Source: Candidatus Eiseniibacteriota bacterium (GTDB lineage: Bacteria > Eisenbacteria > RBG-16-71-46). From it: a stretch of 64,000 bases of DNA. The stretch spans positions 3,776,001-3,840,000 of the forward strand of contig OY970342.1 of the NCBI GenBank assembly GCA_963717505.1. The letters are read 5' to 3'. Position 1 is the stretch's first letter, and each line of letters begins with the position of its first letter. Below the pieces are notes generated by a model. It searched no databases, had not been told where the DNA came from, and saw only the letters and a program-made list of their open reading frames with translations. Positions 1-9,950 of this stretch are shown here, piece after piece. Both the position numbers and the translations under genes were made by a program.

Positions 1-51
1 CACCAGTGCCGAGCCAATCAGTCCGCTGGCGCCCGTGATCAGGATGCGCAT
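1..51 (-). CDS. N-terminus of an NAD-dependent epimerase/dehydratase (TIGR01777-like SDR); runs off the window edge
   Basis: Reverse strand reads MRILITGASGLIGSALV, a Rossmann GxxGxxG motif; ATG at 49-51. Confidence 0.75.
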   Translation of the reverse strand, partial: MRILITGASGLIGSALV

Positions 52-87
52 GGCCGGGATCGGCAGCTGTGAGGCGGCGCCCGGCCG

Positions 88-858
88 CTAGCCGCGCTTC
101 TCCGACGCTTGCGGCATGAACGCTTTGATCATGTCGACCGGCACCGGGAATATGGTGACCGAGTTGTTCTCGACCGCGATCTCAGACAGCGTCTGCAGGT
201 AGCGCAGCTGGATCGCGGCCGGCTCGCGGGCGAGCACCGCGGCCGCCTCGGCCAGGCGCGTGGCCGCCTGATACTCGCCTTCGGCGTTGATGACCTTGGC
301 CCGGCGCTCGCGCTCGGCCTCGGCCTGACGCGCGATGGCACGCTGCATGTCCTGGGGCAGGTCCACGTTCTTGACCTCGACCACCGAAACCTTGATGCCC
401 CATGGTTCGGTCTGCCGGTCGATCACCTGCTGGAGCGCCAGGTTGAGCTTGTCGCGCTCGGACAGCAGCTCGTCCAGCTCCTGCTGGCCGAGGATCGAGC
501 GCAGCGTCGTCTGCGCGATCTGCGAAGTCGCGTAAAGGTAGTTCTCGACCTGAACGACGGCGTCCGGTGCATTGACCACGCGAAAATAGATCACGGCGTT
601 CACCTTGACCGTCACGTTGTCCCGCGTGATCACGTCCTGCGGGGGCACGTCCATCGCGACCGTGCGCAGACCGATCTTGACCGCCCGATCCACGATCGGG
701 ATCAGCAGGACCAGGCCCGGTCCACGCTGGCCGACCAGGCGCCCGAGCCGGAATACGACCAGTCGCTCGTACTCGCGCACAACGCGGATCGCATTGGCGA
801 GGACCAGGACCACGAGCAGGACGAGAAAGAACGCGAACGACCCGACGATGGGGCCCAT
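88..858 (-). CDS. SPFH/band 7 slipin (stomatin-like) protein
   Basis: N-terminal TM, then [42 protein letters not shown] stomatin motifs; follows nfeD; start MGPIVG after GGAGG. Confidence 0.93.
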   Translation of the reverse strand: MGPIVGSFAFFLVLLVVLVLANAIRVVREYERLVVFRLGRLVGQRGPGLVLLIPIVDRAVKIGLRTVAMDVPPQDVITRDNVTVKVNAVIYFRVVNAPDAVVQVENYLYATSQIAQTTLRSILGQQELDELLSERDKLNLALQQVIDRQTEPWGIKVSVVEVKNVDLPQDMQRAIARQAEAERERRAKVINAEGEYQAATRLAEAAAVLAREPAAIQLRYLQTLSEIAVENNSVTIFPVPVDMIKAFMPQASEKRG

Positions 859-859
859 T

Positions 860-2167
860 TCATGCCTCCTTGGCAACCGGCTCGACGGCCAGGGTCAGGC
901 CGTCCATGCCGATGACGATGACTTCGGAACCAACTTCGACCGCGACGGCGCTGCGTGCATTCCACAGCTCGTCGCCGATACGGACACGACCTTCGGGGCC
1001 CAGCGACTCGATCACGATCGCTCGCCTGCCGATCATACCGCGCCCGCCGGTCGTGACCCGGCCCCGCTGAGCCCGGAGTCCGGCGCCCACGATCCACAGG
1101 AAGAAGATGCTGGTCGCGATCACCGCGCCCAGCAGGACCGCCCACGACACACGCACCGTGTCGCCTTCGAACAGGAACAGGCTACCGAGCACCAGCGACA
1201 CCACACCGCCGGCGCCGAGCAACCCGTGACTCTGAACCTTGACCTCGGCCAGGAAGAAGACGCAAGCGAGCACCAGCAGCGCGATGCCGGCGTAGTTCAC
1301 CGGCAGGGTCGAGAGCGCGAAAAACGCCAGGATCAGGCAGATGCCGCCGACCACGCCGGGCAGGATCGCGCCGGGATTCTGCAGCTCGAACAGGAGGCCG
1401 TAGAAGCCGAGCATCAGCAGGACGTAGGCGATGTTCGGGTCGGCGAGCACGGCAAGCAGCCGCAGGCGGAATCCGGGCTCCAGCCAATCGACCTCGCGGC
1501 CGCGGGTCTCGAGCTTCCGGACCTCCGACCCACGCCGCCACTCACGGCCGTCGCAGGCGGCGAGCAGCTCGGCCTCGGTCGCGGCGATCAGGTCCACGAC
1601 GTCGAGTTCGACCGCCTCGGTCTCGCTCGCCGCCACCGCGTGGCGCACGGCATCCTCCGCCCAGACGGCGTTCCTCCCGCGTTGCGCGGCGACCGTGCGC
1701 GCGAACGCGGCCGCGTCGTTGGCCGCCTTGCGCGCCAGGGTCGAGTCCATCGGTCCCTGCATGTTGATCGGCGTCGCGGCACCGATGTTGGTGCCGGGAG
1801 CCATGACCGCAACGTCGGCGGCCATGGTCACGAACACACCGGCCGACGCCGCCCGGGCGCCGCCGGGGGCGACCCACACGATCACCGGAATCGGCGTGGC
1901 GAGCAGGCGCTGCACCATCTTGCGCATGCTGGTTTCGAGCCCGCCCGGCGTGTCGAGCTGGATGAGCAACGCCACGTACCGCTCGCGCTCGGCGCGTGCA
2001 AGAGCCTGGCCGAGCGCGCCGTCCATCACCGGCGACACCGGGCCCTCGAGCCTGAGGCCGAGTACTCGGCCCGAGGCCGGCGGTTCGTCGGCCGCACGTG
2101 CCAGCGGGGCGAATGCGAACAGCGCCGTGAGCAGCCACGCGAAACGTCCCGGCGATCGGCGCACCAT
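860..2167 (-). CDS. nfeD: NfeD family membrane-bound ClpP-class serine protease (long form)
   Basis: LDTPGG, AASAG and GAATP motifs, TM block, C-terminal OB fold ([12 protein letters not shown]); start at ATG 2167 (alternative GTG 2176). Confidence 0.92.
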   Translation of the reverse strand: MVRRSPGRFAWLLTALFAFAPLARAADEPPASGRVLGLRLEGPVSPVMDGALGQALARAERERYVALLIQLDTPGGLETSMRKMVQRLLATPIPVIVWVAPGGARAASAGVFVTMAADVAVMAPGTNIGAATPINMQGPMDSTLARKAANDAAAFARTVAAQRGRNAVWAEDAVRHAVAASETEAVELDVVDLIAATEAELLAACDGREWRRGSEVRKLETRGREVDWLEPGFRLRLLAVLADPNIAYVLLMLGFYGLLFELQNPGAILPGVVGGICLILAFFALSTLPVNYAGIALLVLACVFFLAEVKVQSHGLLGAGGVVSLVLGSLFLFEGDTVRVSWAVLLGAVIATSIFFLWIVGAGLRAQRGRVTTGGRGMIGRRAIVIESLGPEGRVRIGDELWNARSAVAVEVGSEVIVIGMDGLTLAVEPVAKEA

Positions 2168-2172
2168 GGCCG

Positions 2173-3417
2173 TCACGATACTCGCGAGGCCGGGGCCGCG
2201 CCACCCGAGGCCGCGCCCGACTCACGGCGCGCCAACGCCGCGCGCCACGCCTCGGGATACTTGAGTCCGCTGCCGGTGTTGTAGATCACGACGCGGTCGC
2301 TCGCGCCGAGATCTCCCGTGGCCCGCATGGATTGAAGCGCCGCCAAGGTCGCCGCCCCCTCCGGACACGCGAGAACGCCGGCAGCCGCCAGCTCCAGCAT
2401 CGCGTCGAGCATCTCATCCTCGCCGACTGCGATCGCGTCACCCTGCGTTTCCGTCAACGCGCGAAGGATGAGGTCGTCGGCAAACGGCGCCGGCACCCGC
2501 AGGCCGCTGGCGATCGTGCGTGCGTCGCTCCACGGCTCGGCCCGGGCCACCCCCGCCTTCCAGGCGCGGACGATCGGAGCGCATCCCGCGACCTGCACCG
2601 CGACCAGTCGCGGAACTCGCGAAATCCATCCGAGCGAGCGCTGCTCGAGGAATGCCCGCCACATGCCGACCAGCCCGGTGCCGCCACCGGTCGGATAGAG
2701 AATCACGTCGGGCAGGTTCCAGCCGGTCTGCTCGGCGATCTCCCAGCCCAGCGTCTTCTTTCCCTCGAGCCGGAACGGCTCCTTGAACGTCGCCACGTTC
2801 CACCACTCGGGTGCCGGCGCCCACGATGCAAGGTGGCGCCCGGCATCCGAGATCGTCCCGGGAACCAGCGCGACCTCGGCGCCGAGGGCGCACTGCTCGA
2901 TCAGGAAGAGCTCGGGTGTGTCTTCGGGAATCGCAATGCGACAGCGCATTCCGGCCGCCGCTGCATACGCAGCGGCAGCGCTGCCCGCGTTGCCCGCCGA
3001 TGGCAACGCGATCGCGTCGCGTCCGAAGGCTCGCGCACCGGCGATGGCCAACGCCAGTCCGCGCGCCTTGAAGGACTGGGTCGGGTTCCCGGCTTCGTCC
3101 TTGAGCCACAGCTGGTGCACGCCGAGTCGATCCGCCAGCGCGGTCAGTGGCAACAGCGGTGTCCCGCCCTCACCCAGCCGCGGCGTGTCGAAGTCCTCGG
3201 CGAACGGCAGTACGGTCGACCAGCGCCACAGGTCCCGGCGCGGGAGCGCCAGTGAGTCGCGATTGGTGCGCCGGCTGATCGACCCCAGGTCGTAGCGGGC
3301 GACCAGCGGTCGACCGCAGGACGGGCACACGGGATCCACTGCGCCGGGCATTGACGCGTGCCCGCAGGACAGGCATTCGAACCCGAGAAACGATGACTGG
3401 AACGGAGAGCCGCGCAC
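2173..3417 (-). CDS. thrC: Threonine synthase (PLP-dependent, fold type II)
   Basis: N-terminal CxxC..CPxC, GEGGTPL, NPTQSFKARG (PLP lysine), SAGNAG, EGKKT, PTGGG, NTGSGLKY. Confidence 0.88.
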   Translation of the reverse strand: MRGSPFQSSFLGFECLSCGHASMPGAVDPVCPSCGRPLVARYDLGSISRRTNRDSLALPRRDLWRWSTVLPFAEDFDTPRLGEGGTPLLPLTALADRLGVHQLWLKDEAGNPTQSFKARGLALAIAGARAFGRDAIALPSAGNAGSAAAAYAAAAGMRCRIAIPEDTPELFLIEQCALGAEVALVPGTISDAGRHLASWAPAPEWWNVATFKEPFRLEGKKTLGWEIAEQTGWNLPDVILYPTGGGTGLVGMWRAFLEQRSLGWISRVPRLVAVQVAGCAPIVRAWKAGVARAEPWSDARTIASGLRVPAPFADDLILRALTETQGDAIAVGEDEMLDAMLELAAAGVLACPEGAATLAALQSMRATGDLGASDRVVIYNTGSGLKYPEAWRAALARRESGAASGGAAPASRVS

Positions 3418-3423
3418 GCCGGC

Positions 3424-3432
3424 AGTCTAGCA
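3424..3432 (-). promoter_or_regulatory. Extended -10 element (TGC TAGACT) 6 nt upstream of the thrC GTG; probable leaderless promoter
   Basis: TGnTAnnnT match at leaderless spacing; no Shine-Dalgarno. Confidence 0.55.
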
Positions 3433-3498
3433 GTCCGTCGGGCGCGCCATCAGGGACGACGCGGAACCGGCACCGCGACTCGAACCTTCGGACCCTCG

Positions 3499-4452
3499 CT
3501 AGGGGCGTCCTCGCCGGCCGGCGCGGCCTTGCGTTCCGGCGGGCGACTCCTCCGCCTCGAGCTCCTCGCGCAGCTTGAGGAATGACTCGTGACGTCGGGG
3601 TGCCACCTCGCTCGACGCGACCGCCGCCAGAATCGCGCATCCGGGCTCGCGTTCGTGCCGACAGTCGGTGAAGCGGCAGCTGCCGAGATACCTGCGGAAC
3701 TCGGGATAGGACTGCTCCAGGTCGCGCGACGAAACGCCCCATAGCCCAAAGGGACGCATGCCTGGCGTGTCGATCAGGTCGAACCCGGGCTCGGGCCGGA
3801 TGAGCCAGGCCGCCGTCGTCGTGTGGCGCCCCTTGCCGGTGCGCGGGTTGACCTTGCCAGCCAGCAACTCGAGCCCGGGCACCATGGCGTTCAGGAGCGT
3901 GCTCTTGCCGACTCCGGAATGACCGACGAACAGGCTGCGGCGCCCGCGGCAAGCGTGCAGCAGAGCCTCGAGACCCTCCCGAGTGCGCGCGCTCACGACG
4001 TGAACGGCAAAGCCGGCGCGCCGATAGTCGTCGAGCAGCTCGCGCGCGGTCTCGGAACTGGACAGATCCAGCTTGGTCAGCACGATCCGCGCGGGAACGC
4101 CGGCGTGTTCGGCCTGCGCCAGGACGCGATCGGCGAAACCGGCCTTGAACTCGGGTTCGACCAACGAGGCCACGAGCACGATCTGGTCCAGGTTGGCGGC
4201 CACGACCTGTTCGACCGGCCGATGCCCGACCGCGCGCCGGCTGAACGCGTTGCGGCGCGGCTCGACCCCGGTCACGATCGCGTGGGTCGCGTCTCCCGCC
4301 CACTGCACGCGGTCGCCGACCACGACCGCGTTGCCCAGCGACTTGCGCGGACCCATCAGACTGCCGCGTACCGTGGCGTCGAAGCGCTCCCCGGTCACGG
4401 TGAGCAGGACACAGTTGCCAAAGTCCACACGCGCGACTTCCGCTTCGCGCAC
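3499..4452 (-). CDS. rsgA: Ribosome small subunit-dependent GTPase A
   Basis: VVGDRV, AANLD, TKLDL, GHSGVGKSTL, GRHTTT, DTPG, C-terminal CRFTDCRHEREPGC zinc site. Confidence 0.95.
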   Translation of the reverse strand: MREAEVARVDFGNCVLLTVTGERFDATVRGSLMGPRKSLGNAVVVGDRVQWAGDATHAIVTGVEPRRNAFSRRAVGHRPVEQVVAANLDQIVLVASLVEPEFKAGFADRVLAQAEHAGVPARIVLTKLDLSSSETARELLDDYRRAGFAVHVVSARTREGLEALLHACRGRRSLFVGHSGVGKSTLLNAMVPGLELLAGKVNPRTGKGRHTTTAAWLIRPEPGFDLIDTPGMRPFGLWGVSSRDLEQSYPEFRRYLGSCRFTDCRHEREPGCAILAAVASSEVAPRRHESFLKLREELEAEESPAGTQGRAGRRGRP

Positions 4453-4454
4453 GC

Positions 4455-5888
4455 TCAGTTCCAGCCGACCGGAAGCGTGATGGTGAACCGCGCGCCCTGG
4501 CCCGGAGGGCTCTCGGCCGTGATCTTGCCGCGGTGCTTGCTGATGATCCGGTAGCAGGTCGCCAGCCCGAAGCCGTTGCCGTCCTTCTTGGTGGTGAAGT
4601 GCGGCTCGAAGATCCTGGTCAGGTTCGAATCGGGGATGCCGCTGCCCGTGTCCTGGACCACGATGCGGACGTCGCCCGTGCGCTCGTCGCGGCGGGTCGA
4701 AACCACGATCAGTTTGCGCGACGAGCCGTTCGCCCCAACCCGGTCGCGCATGGCGTCGGCGGCGTTCATGAACAGGTTGAGCAGGACCTGCTGGAGCTGC
4801 CCGGGGTCGGCCCGCAGCTCCGGGGAGGGCGAGGCCAGGTCGAACTCCCACTCGACGTTCTCGAACTTGCTCTTCTGCGACTTGACGAACTCACTGGTGC
4901 GCTGCAGCAGCCCGTTGACGTCGATGCGCTCGAGCTTGATCTCGCTGCTCGAGAACTCCATCAGATTCCGCGACAGTTGCTCCATCCTCTGCCCCTGCTC
5001 GAGAATCAGTTGCGCATCCCGTCGCGCCCCGTCGAGGTCGCTCTTGTCGATCTTGCTCATCACGAACTGGGCCCGTCCGTTGATGGTCGCGAGCAGGTTG
5101 CGCAGCTCGTGGCCGATCCCGGCGGCCAGCTCGCCCTTCGCCGCCATGCGCTCGGTATGAATCATCTGATCCTGGGCCTGCTGCAGCGCGATGTAGCGCT
5201 TGGCCGACTCGTTGAGCAGCCAGAGCGGCGCGAAGAACAGCATGACCCCCGGATAGCCTACCGACTGGTACGAGATCACCATCAATGGGCTCAGCAGGAA
5301 CGCCGCCAGATCCTGGAGCAGCCGCTCGCCGTAGAAGTAGTCCTCGTGCAAAACACGCAGGTAGGAGCGTTCGTTTGCCAGCGCCACCGCGCCGGCGACC
5401 TGGATGCGATTCGCCAGCAGGTAGGCCACGAACGCGCCGCACACCGGGAGCAGCAGCCGCAGCGAGTTGATCCCGGTGGCGCTGGCGGGTGGCTCGGCGA
5501 CGAACCCGGCTGCAGGGCCGCCCAGAAGGGTGAATGTCGCCGCCGTCGCCCAGGTGGTAATGGCGATCTGCCCGACGTTGAACGCGACCCGGATCGCCGG
5601 CTTGCGGTGCAGCAGGCTGTCCGCGATCGCCGTACTGGTCATGGCGATCACCATCGCCGGCGCCATCCCCCACAACATGACCGAGGCCAGCCCGGCCGTG
5701 TCCGCCATGGTGATCTTGCCCTCGCCCGACAGCGTCGACACCCACAGCCACTCGGAGAACGCACAGATCACGATCCAGCCAAGATAGTGCACACCGCGAG
5801 TCGCCAGATCCGTCGGTGCGTTTACGAAGCTGAGCACGGCGGCGGCCAGGAGCACGGCCCCGACGTAGAAGTTGACCCGAGGGTTCAT
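4455..5888 (-). CDS. Membrane sensor histidine kinase (multi-TM input, HisKA, HATPase)
   Basis: About 6-7 TM helices; H-box IGHELRN, N-box LLNLFMNA, DTGSG, FEPHFTTK, GNGFGLA. Confidence 0.92.
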   Translation of the reverse strand: MNPRVNFYVGAVLLAAAVLSFVNAPTDLATRGVHYLGWIVICAFSEWLWVSTLSGEGKITMADTAGLASVMLWGMAPAMVIAMTSTAIADSLLHRKPAIRVAFNVGQIAITTWATAATFTLLGGPAAGFVAEPPASATGINSLRLLLPVCGAFVAYLLANRIQVAGAVALANERSYLRVLHEDYFYGERLLQDLAAFLLSPLMVISYQSVGYPGVMLFFAPLWLLNESAKRYIALQQAQDQMIHTERMAAKGELAAGIGHELRNLLATINGRAQFVMSKIDKSDLDGARRDAQLILEQGQRMEQLSRNLMEFSSSEIKLERIDVNGLLQRTSEFVKSQKSKFENVEWEFDLASPSPELRADPGQLQQVLLNLFMNAADAMRDRVGANGSSRKLIVVSTRRDERTGDVRIVVQDTGSGIPDSNLTRIFEPHFTTKKDGNGFGLATCYRIISKHRGKITAESPPGQGARFTITLPVGWN

Positions 5889-5912
5889 GGCACGTTTATC
5901 GGCGGATTCGCG

Positions 5913-6944
5913 TCAGCCCCGCACCACGGCGCTCCCGGCGGGAACCACTCCCAGCCCGGGCCGATCGCTGAGCTCGATCCGGCCGGCGTCACGCGGCGCG
6001 CCGTCGAATGGGTCGTCGCGCAGCAACCAGTGTCCGTCGAGGTCCAGGTAGTCGGCCAGTGGCGCGAGTTGCGCCGCCGCCGACAGCGCCAGGCTCGATT
6101 CGATCATCGAGCCGAGCATGACCTTCATGCCGTGCGCGCGCGCCGCGTGAATCGTGCGCAGCATCTCGCGCAGCCCTCCACTCTTCATGATCTTCAGGTT
6201 CACCCCGTCGACGCGGCCGACCAGATTCGCGACGTCCGCCGCAGCGTGAACGCTCTCGTCGGCGAATACCGGAATCGGGCTGCGATCGCGCACCCATCGC
6301 AGGCCGTCGAGGTCGGCGCGGGGCACCGGCTGCTCGACCAGCTCGATGTCGAGCGGCTCGATCGCGCGCAGCACGCGCACTGCGTCGGGGGCGCTCCACG
6401 CGGTGTTCGCGTCGACGCGAATCTTGCCGCCGAACCGGCGCCGGATGCGGCGCAGATTGTCGACGTCGCCGGGACCGCCGAGCTTGACCTTGAGCATCGG
6501 GAAATGGAGGACGGTCTCGAGCTTCTTCTCCATCTCGGCCGGCTCGGCCATGCCGAGCGTCACGCACGAGGCCGGGGCGGCAGCGGCCTCGAGGCCGAAC
6601 ATCCGCCACACCGGGACTCCGAGGCGCTTGCCGATCCAGTCGTGGAGCGCCATTTCGATCGCGGCGCGCGCCGCGCCGTTTCCGAGCAGCACGCGGTCGA
6701 GTCGCGCATCGATGGCGTCGAGGGCGAAGGGATCGTCGCCGAGATGCGGCGCCCACAAGTCGAGGGCGGCGCGCACCAACGGCTCGCTCTCACCGTAGTA
6801 GTGGGACGGCGACGCCTCGCCCAATCCCTCGATGCCGTCGTGCTCGATCCGGACCAGGGTGTTCACGTGGCGCTGCTTGGCGCCCATCGAGATGCGAAAC
6901 TCGAACTGGGTTTCGAGCGGCAGCGGTTCGTGGCTCAGTTTCAT
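5913..6944 (-). CDS. Dipeptide epimerase / enolase superfamily (L-Ala-D/L-Glu epimerase or DgcA-like N-acetyl-D-Glu racemase)
   Basis: GLGEA, KVKLG, VDAN, VEQP, ADES, NLKIMK, DLDG enolase-superfamily motifs; start MKLSHE at 6944. Confidence 0.9.
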   Translation of the reverse strand: MKLSHEPLPLETQFEFRISMGAKQRHVNTLVRIEHDGIEGLGEASPSHYYGESEPLVRAALDLWAPHLGDDPFALDAIDARLDRVLLGNGAARAAIEMALHDWIGKRLGVPVWRMFGLEAAAAPASCVTLGMAEPAEMEKKLETVLHFPMLKVKLGGPGDVDNLRRIRRRFGGKIRVDANTAWSAPDAVRVLRAIEPLDIELVEQPVPRADLDGLRWVRDRSPIPVFADESVHAAADVANLVGRVDGVNLKIMKSGGLREMLRTIHAARAHGMKVMLGSMIESSLALSAAAQLAPLADYLDLDGHWLLRDDPFDGAPRDAGRIELSDRPGLGVVPAGSAVVRG

Positions 6945-6970
6945 CGATCCTCCGGTGGGTCGCACGGCTC

Positions 6971-8053
6971 TCAGGATACTCCGCGCTCGCGCCGGCGCCG
7001 ATCGGCAGCGGCCAGCAGCGCGTCGGCCAGGGGCGCGGCGCCGAAACGGACGGGATCTCCGACCGGCACGCCCAGCTCGCGCTCGGCCGCGGCGCACGCC
7101 GCGCGGGCCGCGTCCGGAGCCAGATCCAGGGTATTGAGCGCGGCGGCGACGGTGACGGACGGCGCGACCCAGCCCGCTGCACGCTCGATCTGCTCCCGCA
7201 CCACGGCCAGGGGAGGTATCGGCACCTCGGCTCCGGTTTCCGACGTTCGCATCCGGGTGCGGCCGGCCCAGTGACACAGCACCAGCGCCGACGGACACGC
7301 GCCATGCATGAGACCGAGCGTGACCCCGGAGTAGCCGGGATGGCCGAGTGCGCCCTGCCCCTCGACCAGAACCACGTCGGATCGGGCCGCAGCCTCGAGC
7401 ACCAGGGCTTCCACCGCGCCGGCCACGAAGTCGGCCGGAATCGCGTCGACCGGGGCGCCGCCACCGGCGATCATGATTCCGGTCTGGCCGGTGGCGACGA
7501 AAGCAGCGCGCACACCGCGAGCGACCAGCTCGCGCTCGAGCTCGAGCGCCACCGTCATCTTGCCGACGTTGCAGTCGGTGCCGACCGTGAGCACCACCAG
7601 TGCCGCCACGTCGCGTGCGCGCGCCGCGGCGATCCGGCGCTCGAGCGCCGGGCGGCGCACATCGTGGATCCGAGCACCGCTCCTGGCCGCGCGCGCCGCC
7701 AGGTCGGTGTCGTCGGCGAGAAACGCATGCAGGCCGGAGACCACGTCCCACCCGCGATCGAGAGCACCTCCGACCAGAGCGCGCCAGGACTCGGGCAGGA
7801 CTCCGCCCTGTGGGGCGATGCCGATCAACAAGGTGTCGGCGCCGGCGGCGGCGGCGCCGGCGAGGTCGGCGACCACGGGGATCTCGCCGCCCAGGCCGAC
7901 GCAGTCGCCCGCGGTCCGCCCGGCTCGAGTCGAGTCGATGATCGCGGCGACCAGGGCGGTGCGATAGCGAAGCACACCGACCGCCGTCTTGCCGTCGCGA
8001 GCGCTGAAGCTGCCCTCGGCGAGCAGCGCCAGGCGGCGCCGGCGGCCGAGCAT
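6971..8053 (-). CDS. DUF1611 domain-containing protein (DgcN-like, P-loop)
   Basis: GKTAVGVLRY, IAPQGG, SGLH, VGTDCNVGKM, TGQTG, DFVAGAVE, VEGQG motifs; next to an epimerase. Confidence 0.9.
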   Translation of the reverse strand: MLGRRRRLALLAEGSFSARDGKTAVGVLRYRTALVAAIIDSTRAGRTAGDCVGLGGEIPVVADLAGAAAAGADTLLIGIAPQGGVLPESWRALVGGALDRGWDVVSGLHAFLADDTDLAARAARSGARIHDVRRPALERRIAAARARDVAALVVLTVGTDCNVGKMTVALELERELVARGVRAAFVATGQTGIMIAGGGAPVDAIPADFVAGAVEALVLEAAARSDVVLVEGQGALGHPGYSGVTLGLMHGACPSALVLCHWAGRTRMRTSETGAEVPIPPLAVVREQIERAAGWVAPSVTVAAALNTLDLAPDAARAACAAAERELGVPVGDPVRFGAAPLADALLAAADRRRRERGVS

Positions 8054-8057
8054 CTCC

Positions 8058-9234
8058 TCAGATCGAGTCGTAGACGCGGACGTAGTGGTCCACCATCTCG
8101 TCGGGACTGAAGCGTTCACGCGCCACTTGTCGCGCCCGCCGGCCCATGGTGCGTCGCAGCCGCTCGTTCTGGAGCAGGCGCAGGATCGAAGTCACGAAGC
8201 CGGACTCGTGGCTCGGGTCGTGCAGGAACCCGGTACGTCCGTGCTCGACCACCTCGGGCAGTCCCCCTGCGTTCGAGGTGACCACCGGGACCTCCGCGCT
8301 CATCGCCTCGAGCGCCACCAGTCCGAAGCTCTCCGAGCTGCTCGGCAGCAGGAACACATCGGCGAGCGGCAGGAGCTCCTCCATGCAATCCTGGTTGCCC
8401 AGGAACAACACGTCCTTTTCCAGGCCCAGATCGCGCACCTGGGTCTCGGCCGCAGCCTTGTCGGGACCGTCGCCGATCATGACCAGCTTCGAACGCACCT
8501 TCTTGTGGACCTCGGAAAACACTCGAATCACGGCGGGGATGTTCTTGACCTCGCGGAAGTTGGACGCATGCATCACGATCCGGGTGTCGGGCGGGGCCAA
8601 GCGCAGTGAGACCCGGCGCCGCGGGGCGAACACTTTTGGATCCACGAAGTTGTAGATCACCTCGATCGGCTGGGTGATGCCGAATGTCTCCTCGGCCCGC
8701 TCTTTGAGGAACTTGCTGACCGCGGTCACCCGATCGCTCGACTGGATGCTGAACTGGGTGACCCGGAAGAACGCCGGCTCGACCCCGACCACGGTGATGT
8801 CGGTGCCGTGCAGCGTGGTCACCACCCCGAGCTGGCGCGGCAGCAGGAGCTGGCGCGCGAGGTAGGCGCTGGCCGCGAACGGAATCGCGTAGTGGACGTG
8901 CAGCACGTCCAGCCCGTAGTGCTCGACTACCTCGACCATCTTGGTCGCCAGCGCCAGATTGGTCGGCGAATGATCGAACACCGGGTAGTTCGACACCGCG
9001 GTCTCGTGGAAGAACACGTTCGACGAGAAGGCGCGCAGGCGGAACGGCAACCGATGGGCGATGAAGTGCACTTCGCAGCCGCGGCGCGCGAGCGCCAGCC
9101 CGAGCTCGGTGGCGACCACCCCGCTGCCGCCGAAGTGCGAATAACAGGTGATGCCGATCTTGCGGCACGGCCGGCGACGGCGGGTTCGCGGGGCCGCGCG
9201 CGGCCTTGCGACGGGTCTTGCGCGCGCGCTTCAT
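8058..9234 (-). CDS. bshA: N-acetyl-alpha-D-glucosaminyl L-malate synthase (GT4); one apparent indel near 9160-9190
   Basis: KIGITCYSHFGGSGVVATELG, HVHYAIP, TTLHGTDIT, SNFREVK, ESFGLVALEAM. The ATG at 9234 overlaps the bshB1 stop but is one frame off the conserved body. Confidence 0.92.
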
Positions 9235-9950
9235 CGCCCACCGCCCGCGCCCTGGAGCAGTGTGCGTGCGTCGTGGACCGCGAGCGGGCCCGGCGCGCGG
9301 TAGCCCTCTCCGAAACGCGCGCCGATCATCGACCCGAATCCACGGGCGCGCCCCTCGACCTCGGCGAGGAATCCGGGGTCGGTCAGGTACGTGTCGACCC
9401 CCGCCGGCCCCGCGAGCTGCGTGGCATGGGCGCGCAGGGCCGACATGCGCCGCTCCCACACCGGGGTCACGTCGACCACCAGGTGCGGGCGCGCGGCGCC
9501 CCGATAGAGCGCGAACAGCAGCTGGCCCGGACGATGGCGGCCCGCGCCGGCGACGTACCCCGCGAGCCCGGAGACGTAGCAGGCGCGACGCACCAGGTGC
9601 GAAGCCTCGACGTGATCGGGATGCGCGTCCTCGACGTGCGGGGCGACCACCAGCGCCGGTCGATGCGCGCGCAGACAGCGCACCACCGCCTCGAGCTGGG
9701 CGCGGTCCGAGCGCTCGAGACCGAGATCGGGCAGGCCGAGACACTCGCGTCCCGCAGCCCCGAGTTCGCGCGCCGCCGCCGCCGCCTCGGTCGCGCGCGC
9801 CTCGGGAGTGCCGCGGCTCGCGCGCTCGCCACGCGTGAGATCGACCAGCACGACGGCGTGGCCGTGCGACGCGAGCAGCGCGGCCAGGCCGCCCGAGGTC
9901 AACTCGATGTCGTCGGGATGAGCGCCGAAGAACAACGCGTCGGCGCTCAC
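9231..9950 (-). CDS. bshB1: Bacillithiol biosynthesis deacetylase (PIG-L family)
   Basis: GAHPDDIEL, DLTRGERASRG, HPDH, HATQ, GEGY; between bshC and bshA with 4-nt overlaps. Confidence 0.92.
   Translation of the reverse strand: MSADALFFGAHPDDIELTSGGLAALLASHGHAVVLVDLTRGERASRGTPEARATEAAAAARELGAAGRECLGLPDLGLERSDRAQLEAVVRCLRAHRPALVVAPHVEDAHPDHVEASHLVRRACYVSGLAGYVAGAGRHRPGQLLFALYRGAARPHLVVDVTPVWERRMSALRAHATQLAGPAGVDTYLTDPGFLAEVEGRARGFGSMIGARFGEGYRAPGPLAVHDARTLLQGAGGGR

Noticed and set aside
5888-5903. TGGCAC sigma54-like boxes at 5888 and 36891 on the + strand
   Set aside because: Wrong strand for the adjacent genes and no GC at the required N10 spacing
4533-7274. Very long antisense or alternative-frame ORFs (also 605-2284, 8116-10326, 13667-15805, 28722-31073)
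   Set aside because: Shadow ORFs expected in high-GC DNA, Arg/Ala/Gly-rich, overlapping well-supported genes and lacking motifs
9160-9234. bshA N-terminus out of frame with its coupled ATG
   Set aside because: A single indel in a GC-rich stretch restores it; no recoding signal seen
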